Assembly (NCBI GenBank): GCA_951406725.2
Contig: OX597820.1
Location: 21,824,001-21,888,000, forward strand
Reading direction: 5' to 3'
Origin: Octopus vulgaris
Lineage: Eukaryota
DNA: 64,000 bases
Shown here: positions 53,630 to 64,000 of the stretch, in pieces
Layout of the letters: every line of letters begins with the position of its first letter
Position numbering within the stretch: position 1 is the first letter of the stretch
Notes under the pieces: model-generated
Told to the model about the DNA's origin: nothing
What the model saw: only the letters and a program-made list of their open reading frames with translations
Database searches by the model: none
Made by a program: the position numbers and the translations under genes

Positions 53630-54292
53630 CTAATTATATTCTGAGCTAAAAGAGTTAAATCCCTTCCCTAAATGAAAAGTAAAAAGCCTGTCAAAAAGTA
53701 AGCTGTCAGAATCGTTAATACGCTGGGGAAAATGCTTAGAGGCATTTCTTCCGACTCCACATTCTGAGTTCAAATACGGCTGGAGTCGTGTTTGTTATTC
53801 ATTCTTTCCGGGTCGATAAAATGAGTACCAGTTGAGTGTGGGGGGGTCGATGTAATCGACTTACCCCCGTCTCCGAAATTGCTGGCCTGGCGCCAAAGTT
53901 TGAAATCATAATGTCTGCCAAAGATAGGAAATTAAGTTTTAAATGTATTTCTCAAACATTTCAATAAGTCAAAGTTTATGTCAATGTACTTGCGCTCTGG
54001 TTTTAAGCACTGTTTATGAAACTAATATCCTAGACAGTGGGTTAATATAAATTTCCGATACAAGTGCTTTCGTTTTATCTCTTAGGATATCCATCCCTAC
54101 GACACAGAAAATCAATCTGTAGCATTAGAATTCGTAGCATTCAAACAAAGGTCTCCAGTCTGGAGTGCCTGTGTCTCCTGAGATGTGAGATAGCTTTTCA
54201 AGGAGTGTGACAAAAAAGGAAAGAACATGCTTTACTAAAATCGCATTCTCGAATGAAAGCATTAGATGACTTTTAAGAAATAACTTTGTTTA

Positions 54293-54553
54293 AAGCGCAG
54301 ATATGGTTATGTGGTTGGGAAACTCACTTTTGCAGCCACGTGATATTGGGTTCATTCCCACTACACATCTTGGGCAGGTGTCTTCTACTACATTCCCGAG
54401 CCAACCAGTGCTTTCTGAGTGAATTTGATAGATCTAAACTATGTGGAAGCTCCTCATGTATGTGTGTGAGTGTGTGTGCGCGGGTGTCTGTATATCTTAA
54501 TAATTGCCCCTCCCCACCGCTTGACAACCGGTTTTGGTTTGTTTACGTTCCCG
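54293..54553 (+). mobile_element. SINE family B, old 3'-truncated copy
   Basis: Diverged B head, CTTGGGCAGGTGTCTTCTAC, CCGCTTGACAACCG. Confidence 0.7.
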
Positions 54554-54605
54554 TTTCTTATGAATACACATTCTCACACATACATGTATATACATATACA
54601 CACAC

Positions 54606-54671
<66 letters not shown>

Positions 54672-54892
54672 TCAATATAGGGTGGCAAAAAAATTTTGTA
54701 GAATCTTATTGCCACCAGCGGCCTAGTGGGAAAAAATTAAATAGTCATAAACCATTTTTAAGTTCAACATCACAATCAAGGAACGGCCATAATAGGCCAT
54801 TCACCCACTAGAAATAACAGCCAAAAGCTTCAACCGCAAAATAACATCAATTCCGTAAACCAGGAGAAAATTAAAAAAACATTTACCCTGTA

Positions 54893-54999
54893 ATTTCTTA
54901 TACGATGCACCGTTTCGTCTACTGTTTAATGGTAAACTAACCTGATTAAATTAAATCAAGCCAATCTACCATAGGCCCTTAGATTCATCAGTAAGAAAT
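54893..54999 (-). ncRNA. Type I hammerhead ribozyme, array unit 1
   Basis: Reverse complement of the motif at 56360-56466. Confidence 0.8.
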
Positions 55000-55383
55000 A
55001 GCCAAGTCGGAACAGATATTTTTCACGAGGCATTCCCGTCCCTGCCTCGGCAATATCTGACCTAAAATTTTCAAATCATCGCACTCGCGCCAAATTTATC
55101 GGCAGCAAATAAATATAAGCCGCCGATTCCATTACGGAACTAACCAGAAAATTCATAATTAATCAATATAGGGTGGCAAAAAAATTTTGTAGAATCTTAT
55201 TGCCACCAGCGGCCTAGTGGGAAAAAATTAAATAGTCATAAACCATTTTTAAGTTCAACATCACAATCAAGGAACGGCCATAATAGGCCATTCACCCACT
55301 AGAAATAACAGCCAAAAGCTTCAACCGCAAAATAACATCAATTCCGTAAACCAGGAGAAAATTAAAAAAACATTTACCCTGTA

Positions 55384-55490
55384 ATTTCTTATACGATGCA
55401 CCGTTTCGTCTACTGTTTAATGGTAAACTAACCTGATTAAATTAAATCAAGCCAATCTACCATAGGCCCTTAGATTCATCAGTAAGAAAT
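55384..55490 (-). ncRNA. Type I hammerhead ribozyme, array unit 2
   Basis: Identical motif, 491 bp from unit 1. Confidence 0.8.
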
Positions 55491-55873
55491 AGCCAAGTCG
55501 GAACAGATATTTTTCACGAGGCATTCCCGTCCCTGCCTCGGCAATATCTGACCTAAAATTTTCAAATCATCGCACTCGCGCCAAATTTATCGGCAGCAAA
55601 TAAATATAAGCCGCCGATTCCATTACGGAACTAACCAGAAAATTCATAATTAATCAATATAGGGTGGCAAAAAAAATTTGTAGAATCTTATTGCCACCAG
55701 CGGCCTAGTGGGAAAAAATTAAATAGTCATAAACCATTTTTAAGTTCAACATCACAATCAAGGAACGGCCATAATAGGCCATTCACCCACTAGAAATAAC
55801 AGCCAAAAGCTTCAACCGCAAAATAACATCAATTCCGTAAACCAGGAGAAAATTAAAAAACATTTACCCTGTA

Positions 55874-55980
55874 ATTTCTTATACGATGCACCGTTTCGTC
55901 TACTGTTTAATGGTAAACTAACCTGATTAAATTAAATCAAGCCAATCTACCATAGGCCCTTAGATTCATCAGTAAGAAAT
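55874..55980 (-). ncRNA. Type I hammerhead ribozyme, array unit 3
   Basis: Identical motif, 490 bp from unit 2. Confidence 0.8.
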
Positions 55981-56359
55981 AGCCAAGTCGGAACAGATAT
56001 TTTTCACGAGGCATTCCCGTCCCTGCCTCGGCAATATCTGACCTAAAATTTTCAAATCATCGCACTCGCGCCAAATTTATCGGCAGCAAATAAATATAAG
56101 CCGCCGATTCCATTACGGAACTAACCAGAAAATTCATAATTAATCAATATATGGTGGCAATAAGATTCTACAAAATTTTTTTGCCACCCTATATTGATTA
56201 ATTATGAATTTTCTGGTTAGTTCCGTAATGGAATCGGCGGCTTATATTTATTTGCTGCCGATAAATTTGGCGCGTGTGCGATGATTTGAAAATTTTAGGT
56301 CAGATATTGCCGAGGCAGGGACGGAATGCCTCGTGAAAAATATCTGTTCCGACTTGGCT

Positions 56360-56466
56360 ATTTCTTACTGATGAATCTAAGGGCCTATGGTAGATTGGCT
56401 TGATTTAATTTAATCAGGTTAGTTTACCATTAAACAGTAGACGAAACGGTGCATCGTATAAGAAAT
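56360..56466 (+). ncRNA. Type I hammerhead ribozyme, inverted unit
   Basis: ATTTCTTA-CTGATGA(56368-74)-aTCTA...19-bp hairpin...TAGAc-GAAA(56443-46)-CGGTGCATCG-TA-TAAGAAAT; perfect 8-bp stem I; predicted cleavage after A56458. Confidence 0.8.
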
Positions 56467-56615
56467 TACAGGGTAAATGTTTTTTTAATTTTCTCCTGGT
56501 TTACGGAATTGATGTTATTTTGCGGTTGAAGCTTTTGGCTGTTATTTCTAGTGGGTGAATGGCCTATTATGGCCGTTCCTTGATTGTGATATATATATAT
56601 ATATATATGTATCGT

Positions 56616-56934
56616 GAAGGCACGTAGTCTAGTGGTTAGGGTATTCGGCTCGCGATCGTAGGGTCGAGAGTTCAATTTCCGGCGACGTGTTGTGTCCTTG
56701 AGCAAGATACTTTATTTCAAGAAGTTCCGGTCCACTCAGCAGACAAAAATGAGTGGTATCTGTATTTCAAAGGACCATTCTTGTGATATTCTGTATCACG
56801 CTGAACCTCCCTGAGAACTACGCTAAGGGCACACGTATCCGTGGAGTTCTTGGTCACATGCACGTTAATTTTACGAGCAGGCTGTTCCGTTGATCGGATC
56901 AACTGGAACCCTCGTCATCGTAACCGAGAAAGTG

Positions 56935-56935
<1 letters not shown>
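56616..56935 (+). mobile_element. SINE head/body C + tail 1
   Basis: C-type head and TGTCCTTGAGCAAG...CCACTCAGC body joined to the family A tail (TGTATTTCAAAGG...GGATCAACTGGAACCCTCGTC). Confidence 0.8.
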
Positions 56936-56965
<30 letters not shown>

Positions 56966-56968
<3 letters not shown>

Positions 56969-58235
56969 GGGTTGGACAAAATAATGGAAACACCTTAAAA
57001 TTTCAAACAAATTTATTTTAATATGGAGTAGGACCGCTTTTGGTAGTAATTACAGTTTGAATTCTACTACGTATGGACTCGTACAAAGTTTGAATTGATT
57101 GTTTCCAAAGGAATTTTTGTCCATTCTACAGCTAAAGCAATCTCCAGTTCTTATAGTGATGACGGTGGAGAAAATCGACTCCTTACTTGTTTTTCTAAAA
57201 TGCAACATATATGTTCAATAATATTGAGATCTAGGGACTGTGGTGGCCAGATAAGATGTTAAACTTCACTACAATGTTTCTCGTGCCATTCAGTAACAAC
57301 TTTAGCTGTGTGAATTGGTGCATTATCATTTTGAAAGATTGCGTTTCCCTCAGGAAACAGTTCAACAACGATAGGATGAATTTGATCTGATAAAATGCTT
57401 AAATAGTCTTGACAATTAATTCAGCCATGAAGGAAAACAATTGGGCCAGCGGATTTCCAAGATATAGCCCACCAGATCATCGCAGATCATCCTCCGTGTT
57501 TAACAGTTGGAAGAAGGCAGTCTGGGTCAAATGCTCCTTTTGGCTACCTCCACACGTATACTCGACTGGTGGTCGGAAATAAGGTAAACGATGACTCATC
57601 CGAGAAAATAACATTCTTCTACTGCTCTAGGGACCAATTCTGAAGGTTTTTACTCCACTCTAAACGCTTTGCAACGTTTGTTTTTGAAAGTAGTGGTTTT
57701 CTGATTGCAGCCCTCCCGTGAAATCCGGCTTTATGCAGCTCCCGGGGAACAGTTTTTGTGGATACTGGGGTCTCGAAGTGGTCATTAAGGTCTTCAGTAA
57801 TTTTGGGAGCTATGCTTTTGTGATCCTTTCTAACAATTCGCGTATGAGTCCCAATGTCTCTATCTGAAATTTTTGGCTTTCTTCCGGCGTTTTATTTCGA
57901 AGAGAAGATTTTTTTCCTCTTTCTCAAAGGCTGTCATTACTTTCGAGACAGTACTTCTTGATACACCAAACATTTCGGCTGTTTTCGTTACGCTAGCGCC
58001 TGTCAAACGAGCACCAACAATTTGACCACTTTGAAAGTCCGACAGATCTGTCATTTTAATGAATTTTAGTTACCTTTTTCTGATGATATCTGAAAAGAAA
58101 CAGCAATTTTAGCAAAACATATTAAGCAACACTAATAATAAATCAAAAAACATAAAAATAAACAAGCTTTCGACGGTTTTATAGATATTTCAAAATTATG
58201 ATGTTAGGTGTTTCCATTATTTTGTCCAACCCCTG
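56966..58235 (-). mobile_element. Tc1-family DNA transposon, full length (1270 bp)
   Basis: 30-bp TIR CAGGGGTTGGACAAAATAATGGAAACACCT at both ends; TA target inside (TA)n. Confidence 0.95.
57018..58054 (-). pseudogene. Tc1 DD34E-type transposase pseudogene
   Basis: MTDLSDFQSGQIVG HTH start; later KPLL, VIFSDES, TVKHGG, FQNDNAPIH, WPPQSLDLNIIEH and C-terminal KSGPTPY*; frameshifts and several stops. Confidence 0.9.
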
Positions 58236-58699
58236 TATATATATATATATATAACATATGGTATAATTATAAACAGAGAAATTTTTTTAACCATTTCTCT
58301 GCAGACTGAAAAAAATTATGAACAACCTTAATCCATTTTGGAACCTTATTGGGTTTTCGCCAGAGGCGTCTACATCATTCTGACAGTCTCCAGAGAAACA
58401 AGCATCCAAACTGTTTATATACTCAACAAGTGCAGCAGTTACTTTACAAAGGAGTCTCTAATTTACATACCGAAAGTGTTTAACTCTATATACAGATAAG
58501 AGACAGATATCTCCGTATAGAATACACTTAGTAGTATTCGAGAGATTGAAACTTGAGCAGGTAGAGGAGTAAATGTAAGAACAAGCAAGTTAGGCAGGTC
58601 GATATACAAAAACTATTAGATACATTTAACACAAGAAGTGTTCGTATGTATACTTATCAAAACAGTCTGACTTACACAGAATAGAAATGGTATCAAGAA

Positions 58700-61225
58700 T
58701 TAAAGGGATTAAATAAGTGTTTCATGAGTCCAACAGCTGTTTCTGCGAGCTTGGTGATCCAAAATAATGATTGTAAATTGATTCCATCGTCGGATAATAC
58801 TAGCCTCCGTCTTCGGGGAAGAATTTTACATTTGTGGTATTATTTACAGAAAGGAGATTAAAGATGGGATGATTTTATAAAGAACTGAGTATATTAAAAA
58901 GAGGATTTGGGAGGTATGTAGACAGAGTGTAGTGGGAGGAAAAAAACAGACTTCAAGGTTAGGGGTTATTAACGAGGCCAGTGATAGTAGTAGAGGTGGA
59001 AGGTTGGAGGGAGGGGGAGTGGGGGGTTTAGGTAGTATGTGAATGGTAACTTTTGTGTTAGTTTGTATGAAGGCTATGGGATGAAAGGTTGAGATAGTGA
59101 AAATGGGAATGGTCATTATTTGAGGAAAATAAGTTGACTATTTCAGAGGCTGAGGGATATTAGTAAGGAATGAAAGTCGATGGGGACATAGAGTGGGGGA
59201 TGAGAAGGTGGTCAAAAAAGTAGTTGTTAGTGGGACAAAGGAATTAGGTTGGTATGGGAGAGTGGTGTTATGGTAAAGAGAGGTTATGGAATTGAAAAGA
59301 GGGGTGTGAATAAGCAGGGGCAGAGGTAGATTGGCTAGTTTTCAAAGGAGTAGGGTATTGTAAGTATTTTTTTAAAAGTGGGGTGGATAGGGAGGCTAAG
59401 ATGGAAGTGGGAAATAGTGAACTTGTAGAATTTGGAAGAAATTTGAAATGTGTGTATGAGAAAGAAGAGGCGGAGTAGTATTTTTTAAGTAGAAGGTAGC
59501 TAGGCTGACTTCGTCTTAGTTTTAGGTTATTTTGAGTATGGATACTTATGGGATTACATAGATCTAGCGAAGTGCGTGAAAGATGAGTAGTACCTGTGTT
59601 TACAAGAATAAATAACAGAGAATCTATTAAGTAATGAGGAGTTATGAAGGCGAAGAATGGTTAATGATTATTTTAGGCATAACTTACACTTGCCGATGTT
59701 TGCATTGAACGGGGGAGCTTCGCTTACTATGGACCAGGGTAGGATGTATGGAATATTTTGAGATTTAAGGTTGTGTATACACGTTGCTAAGAAGATTGCT
59801 AATTCAGAATTTTGATTGGAGAATCAGTTCATGTGTGCACAGTAGCGGCGTCTGAAATCTACGGTGCCGCCGATATATACTCTTGCTTGGTGGGAACGTG
59901 GTGTTATAACACGACACTTGTAGATTACATTTTTACGTAGACAGGAACCTCCAAGAGGACATAATTGAGAAACCCGACAATTGAAAGTTTTTCTACTTGC
60001 TCCGTGGTTGGGGTTTACTGCTAGCGAGCTTGAGCTCCGTTAGTCCATTGCTAGTGGGAGAGAACCTGAAGTACAATCTGTATTTCTATTGGATTGGGAG
60101 GTGGTGTTGCAGATAGTATTTGTTATCGCGTAGGTAGGATTGTAGGTTGATGGCTTGAGTCTGGTATTATTTAACTGAGATGGGTCACTAAGGGTTGTGT
60201 TATTGCTATGTGGGCTAATTTGGGGTGCAGTGTAAGAGTTTAGGTGTTCCGAGGCTGGTGTTGGAGTTTGCGTTCGTTCGAGGTGGCGACTATGGATCCT
60301 AAATTAGATGTGGTGGAGTAGGAGATGTTCACAGATGATTTGTTAAAGCTGGGATATTATTTATGCTGCGGGGAAAAATTAGATTTTAGGATTTTAAAGA
60401 AGAGTTTAGATAGAAATTTAACTTGGCGAGGAAGATGGTGCGAACCATAAGATTCCCCGATTCCTGGCTTTAGAATGTTTAGAGTGTACGGCTGTAGTGG
60501 GATGACGGGAGTGGGGCAAGGGCTTGTAGTTGTTATAGGCTCAGGGTGGCCAGTGGGGCAGCCGAGTGCGATGTGTAGGGGTTTTTTTTAGAGCTTTTGG
60601 ATTGGTGTAGAATGGAAGTAGTGTCCTTAGATTCAGGATTAGTATTGGGAAAGAGCTGTGCTGTTTTAGTTTTAAGCTTAGTGTTGGGGATATAATAGTT
60701 TGTTTTTTTCGCGAAAGCCGCTTTTTTTTTTGGAGTATCTAATTCTAATAAGGGGCGTGAGTGTTAAAAATTTCTTCGTTAGCAGGTAAGTAATAGATTC
60801 TGATAGATATGCCTGTGACTACGCTATTAAGGGTAGGTCTAGGGTTATTAGAGGGGATATTTGTATATTGTAAAGATTGGTTAGGTGTATGGACAGGTTG
60901 ATACAGTCGAGAGTAACGTCTAAGAAATTGGCCACCTTAGTGTCAATTTCGAATGTAATATTCAGGTTATAGTTTTTAAAAATTTTGTGTAAGTCTTTCT
61001 TGGTGCGTTCCACTGACAGTCGAGATAATTTAATAGCTGAGAGGAGTGTATCATCCTTATATAGTCCACTGGAGCGGTGGGGGAAATAATTGTTTAATTT
61101 GGGAGAGAAGGAATAGGCCAACTAGGTCAGTAACTTGGGCTGAGTTCGATGTGTCCATGGTTATATCGAAGAAATCGAAGAAATCCGTAGATGAGTTGCG
61201 GGTTCATCCATTGCAAGCTCATCGC
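58700..61225 (-). mobile_element. Penelope-like retroelement, 5'-truncated and decayed, with a degenerate hammerhead in the 3' region (58727-58821)
   Basis: RT and GIY-YIG remnants followed by a pyrimidine-rich UTR and CCGAAGA...GAAA-CAGCTG-TT. Confidence 0.8.
59585..61200 (-). pseudogene. Penelope-like RT + C-terminal GIY-YIG endonuclease pseudogene
   Basis: RT: GLYKDDTLL...KKDLHKIFK..NITFEID..ANFLDVTLD (ORF 60819-61121). Endonuclease: FNCR..LCPLGGSCLRKNVIY...VYIGGT..FRRRY..H...CKLCL...LLNR....CKHR (~59590-59990). Confidence 0.85.
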
Positions 61226-62374
61226 TGATATAAATTTACAAGGCCAACAATGTCGGGAGAAGGAATAAGTCGATTACATCAACCCCAGCACTCAACTGGT
61301 ACTTATTTTATCGGCCCCGAAAGGATGAAAGGCAAAGTGGATCTCGGCCGAATTCGAACTCTGAACATAAGAATAGTTGAAATGCTGCTACGCATTTTGT
61401 CCAGCTGCTTTATATATGACATTATTGAGATATCCATGAATGGATGTTATATGATACGACAGTCGAAAGTTAGAAAACTACAAAAGAATGCTTCTTTCGA
61501 AAAAAATCTACGTAATGTTGCAAAGTTTATATAAAACTGTGATTTGTTTTGAAATAGAAAAATCATTTCTTCACACATTCCGTATCAATCACAGCATTAT
61601 ATATATATATATATGCGAAATATTTGGAAATTGCTCGTTAAAGTATCTCAAACATGGGTATTTGTTAGTTGATACGAATTCGCTAACACTGAACATAGAT
61701 AAATACATGTGTTTCTAAATTAAACCTGATATATATTACGTATAAGTAAGCAAAGAAAGAAAACTGTATATTAACCTTGTTAAATGAAATTGTTGAACAG
61801 ATATAAAGGTGAACTAATAAGGAATGTGTTTCAGAAAGCTGACAATGATTGATTAAGCAATAAAAGTAGGCCTTGACTACTTACTTAAACGTAACATAGT
61901 TGTAGAAAAACGAAGAGAAATATTCCATTCTAAATGTCAAATGGTTAACAATTAGAATCTAAATATGCACTTGTTCTTTTGCCCTAGGTTGCCACTGATC
62001 GTACAGGCATTCCCACTGCGACATTCCAGCAGAGTTTGCAGTGTACCCAGAGTTACTTTATCCAATATTTCCTTCTTTTCTAAAATACTAAGCTTTTCTT
62101 TGAGAAAGATTTGTCTGCTATCTCATCTGTTTCAGCATACTGGATATTTTCATTTTTGCAATCTCTTTAGCTAAAGGGTGGAAAAAAACAAAGAACTTCC
62201 CGGATTATTTTATTCTCATCCTTTAGAAATTTATTTTGAACTTGTCAAGAATAGTTACTCATCTGATACTAGGATTATTTTTCTTCAAAAGTCCCTCCCA
62301 CCTACGCCTTGCGATATATTGAACCAGTATAACTTATAAGCTTTTTTATGAAACCTAAAATAATAATTAACTTC

Positions 62375-62610
62375 CAGAAATCCCTTGCTTGGCATTGCTA
62401 CCGAGGGGCACTGCCTGTTCGGGATAAAGTTTACAGGCACGGAAGTGCTGTCAGCCGGGCCTGCCCGAGGTGCGCCCAGAACGATGAAACCGTCCTGCGC
62501 GCCCTAGTCCAGTGCCCGAGTATTGCTGACTTGTGGGTTCATGTTGAACACCTGCTGTCGCGTGTAGGATGGATCCGGCTATCAGCTGAATCCATTGTGA
62601 AGATTACCCC
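62375..62610 (+). pseudogene. Tx1/L1-like LINE ORF2 zinc-knuckle (zf-RVT) fragment
   Basis: LAWHCYRGALPVRDK...ACPRCAQNDETVLRALVQCP..W, matching the CX2C-ET-H-C motif with the His lost. Confidence 0.8.
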
Positions 62611-62626
62611 GTATTCCAGGCAGTGA

Positions 62627-62660
<34 letters not shown>

Positions 62661-62662
<2 letters not shown>

Positions 62663-63010
62663 CAGCAGATGACAACGTGTCTCGAAAAGAAATGGAGAAA
62701 CTTTCAAAATACAAAGACCTGGAAATAGAGGTAACCAGAATGTGGAATCTAAAAACAGAAACAATTCCTATCATAGTAGGTGCATTAGGCATGATAAAAA
62801 AATATTCAGACAAATACATAACAAAAACACCAGGACTTACAAACACATATCACATACAGAAAATTGCACTACTAGGCACCTCACACATCCTACGCAGAAC
62901 ACTTTCAATACAGTAACCATCAGAGCATCACAACAAATCACAGCACATACCCAAGGCACACAGAGCTGCGCTCGGTAGTGAAGTGAAAGCACGCTATAAA
63001 AATAAAACTA

Positions 63011-63013
<3 letters not shown>
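62661..63013 (+). mobile_element. R4/Dong-like (restriction-like endonuclease) non-LTR retrotransposon 3' end
   Basis: EKLSKYKDLEIEVTRMW...IPIIVGALG...IQKIALLGTSHILRRTL; bounded by (AAT)n at 62631-62660 and 63014-63095. Confidence 0.85.
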
Positions 63014-63098
<85 letters not shown>

Positions 63099-63144
63099 TC
63101 GAAGAATACCTTAGGAATGAGAATCCAGGTTCGAAAATTCCCCA

Positions 63145-63192
63145 TGACACCTGATGAAGGCTGGTGGGTATATCAGCCGAAACGTTGTGTCA
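63145..63192 (+). ncRNA. Minimal type I hammerhead ribozyme
   Basis: TGACAC-CTGATGA-a-GGCTG(GTGGGTATAT)CAGCC-GAAA-CG-TT-GTGTCA; 6-bp stem I, stem III reduced to CG. Confidence 0.7.
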
Positions 63193-63555
63193 ACAACAAA
63201 CAAGATGAGGACAAATATCTGTCGAATATAAATAATGTAATTTATTATTTATTGATTTCCTATGTATTTTACTTATTATTATATGTAGGCAGTATACCTG
63301 AAACAACCCCAGGTAGGAGTAGGAATGGTCTAGACAGTAAAAGGATGTTATTGTTCATATAGTTATTATATATTTAACCCAAGCCTTCTGCCCGTATATA
63401 GGAATGTACCACTAAATATTATAACTATCCCAATTCTAATTCTAGTCGGTGGAAAGTTTCCCAGTGGGACAGTATGTAGTATGAATTGATATATCACCGT
63501 TTTCTCCCTTTCTCTTTCTTTTCCTTAGTCTTTTTACTTTTATTCTTCTTTATTT

Positions 63556-63664
63556 TTCCACTCTGATGAAGTTCTGCTATTCAAATTGGCAAAACTAATT
63601 ACTTACAACAATAACTATTATTTAGCCTGGGAAGCGCGCGAACAGAAACAGCTGTAAGCTGAGA
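63556..63664 (+). ncRNA. Degenerate hammerhead candidate
   Basis: CTGATGA-aGTTC...GAACa-GAAA-CAGCTG-TA; stem I poorly paired. Confidence 0.45.
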
Positions 63665-64000
63665 TCTGTCTTTTTGTAATTAATCAATAAATGATGATTG
63701 ATGTTAATCAATTTGTCATTCATTAATTTTTATCTCCATTTTCTGATATGTTATCATATCATATATTATATTATATTATTTTATTTTATTTCATACACAG
63801 AAATGTTTTGTATAATAAATAAATACTAAAATAATAATAATTATATATATATATATATAAAATACAAAATGGGACAAGAACGCAAAACATCCAGACAGTT
63901 AGGTGATACAAAAGGGGGACAACAAAACAACCAGATAGACGATACAAAGAAATCAAGGACGGGTCACTCGGAGTTTTCTTTCCTCAGTCGAGTTCCAGAT

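Larger units (their letters stand above)
54664..56590. repeat. 490-491-bp tandem array (3 direct units + 16 bp) followed by a 439-bp inverted unit; retrozyme/Penelope pseudo-LTR-like
   Basis: Units start at 54664, 55155, 55646 and 56136; inverted segment 56152-56590; only 1-2 differences between copies; (TA)n on both flanks. Confidence 0.95.

Noticed and set aside
54664-56590. CRISPR array or rDNA/satellite interpretation of the tandem array
   Set aside because: No unique spacers or cas genes, eukaryotic context and no rRNA similarity; only three units plus an inversion

Overview
AT-rich, microsatellite-dense eukaryotic non-coding DNA (intergenic or deep intronic). The repeat content looks like a coleoid cephalopod (Octopus-like) genome; this is an inference from the SINE and microsatellite style. 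No intact host gene is supportable, and almost all ORFs in the track are read-throughs of microsatellites or SINEs. The window contains about 35 tRNA-type SINE copies in four local families (A, B, C, D) built from interchangeable head, core and tail modules. It also holds 3' fragments of several LINE clades (Tx1/L1-like, RTE, CR1/L2-like, R4/Dong-like), a full-length but decayed Tc1 transposon, a decayed Penelope-like element (RT + GIY-YIG), MITEs, a non-autonomous Helitron and a probable hAT relic. The most notable structure is a near-perfect 490-491 bp tandem array at 54664-56590 (3 direct copies plus 1 inverted copy, flanked by (TA)n). Every unit carries a type I hammerhead ribozyme with a long GU-rich stem II extension, so the array resembles a retrozyme or Penelope pseudo-LTR predicted to release ~490-nt monomer or circular RNAs. 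At least five further sequence-unrelated hammerhead motifs, one with a compensated U3-A8 core, are scattered through the window. All folds were derived by eye and are untested.
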